From Torpedo marmorata (lineage: Eukaryota): DNA of 64,000 bases. This document shows positions 63,080-64,000 of this stretch, piece by piece (position 1 is the first letter of the stretch; each line of letters starts with the position of its first letter). The stretch covers positions 81,096,001 to 81,160,000 of the forward strand of contig OZ360232.1 of assembly GCA_977017645.1 (NCBI GenBank). Reading direction: 5' to 3'. The position numbers and the translations under genes were made by a program. The notes beneath the pieces are model-generated. The model saw only the letters and a list, made by a program, of their open reading frames with translations, made no database searches and was not told the DNA's origin.

Positions 63080-64000
63080 CCGTATTTTCACTCATATAAC
63101 GCGCACACGCATATAACACACAGAAAGGCATAAATTGTGTAAAAATATTTTCGTATAACGCGCACACGCATATACCACGCGGGTGCAGTATTCTAGATTC
63201 CGACTGACAAAAGCAATTTGCATTTAATTGGGACATGAGACAAGACACATTCCATAGTCCCACTATCTGCCACAGTTAATCTCCTGCTATTTACACCCAT
63301 TCAACTCCCCTCAAAGGTGTTAATCGCCCATTATATAGATGACATTCTCCTGCAACACATTAACAGGTTTTGGAGAGGATTCAATTAAATTGATCGAAGA
63401 CAGGCTTCAGAATTAAGCAGGATCTTAAATCTCATGATTTAAAAGCCTTTCTTTAAAAGAAACCTTATCTTGTTAAAAAAACAGTGTGCAATTGAGAAAT
63501 TTATGGTTTGATTTGATGTAATGAGGATGATTAAACTGATGCCATAGGGCAGAATCATTGCCGCTATTACAATTCCCACGCTAGCTATAAATTGAGCGCG
63601 TTCTTTTATTGCCGGTATTACATTCCCACGCTAGCTATAAATTGAACGTGTTCTTTCATTGCCGCTATTACGCGTTCTTTCATTGCCGCTATTACCATAC
63701 ATTCCCACGTTAGCTTTAAATTGTGCACGTTTTTTCATTGCTGCTTTTACCGTACGTTCCCACGCTAGCTTTAAATTGTGCCTATATAGCTATCACCTGC
63801 ATTCGATCTAGACTAATCAGTATAAAAGGCCCATGCATTTAGTGCTACATTTGAGATCTAGAGTGCCGGTTGTTTTCACAATGCAAGGAATCAAACGCAA
63901 ATCTTACACCGCTGATTTCAAACTGAAAGTTCTTAACAAAGTAGAAGAAACTGGCAACAGAGCGGCAGCAAGAGAGTTTGAGGTTGGCGAATCATCCATT
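63080..64000 (+). mobile_element. pogo-type (Passer/POGK-like) DNA transposon left part with transposase start at 63881
   Basis: TA|CCGTATTTTC terminus and subterminal ataacgcgca repeats. ATG 63881 MQGIKRKSYTADFKLKVLNKVEETGNRAAAREFEVGESSI is a Brinker-type DNA-binding domain and runs off the window. Confidence 0.85.

Overview
Vertebrate genomic DNA, most likely a cartilaginous fish: it carries a SacSINE1-like DeuSINE, abundant Penelope pLTR fold-backs, and CR1 and Rex1/Babar LINEs. The window covers the large intron 7 and exons 8-15 (human numbering) of alpha-E-catenin (CTNNA1, + strand), with LRRTM2 nested antisense in that intron (2 coding exons, 517 aa). The rest is transposon-rich intron: a young Gmr1-type LTR retrotransposon (PR-IN-RT order, RT core deleted) nested in a solo LTR inside a CR1 fragment, plus Rex1/Babar, CR1, L1 and Penelope copies, several pogo/Tigger-type elements and a 5S-derived SINE. 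Two features are the most unusual. One is a pogo/Tigger-like non-autonomous transposon (3307-3943) carrying stitched-together fragments of a LINGO-family (LINGO3-like) coding sequence, with a sister element with the same ends but different cargo at 47793-48311. The other is a Penelope fold-back insertion that has copied 127 bp of its own target flank in inverted orientation. Two assembly gaps are present (8997-9136, ~23075-23298). Family assignments come from recalled sequence and were not searched against databases.
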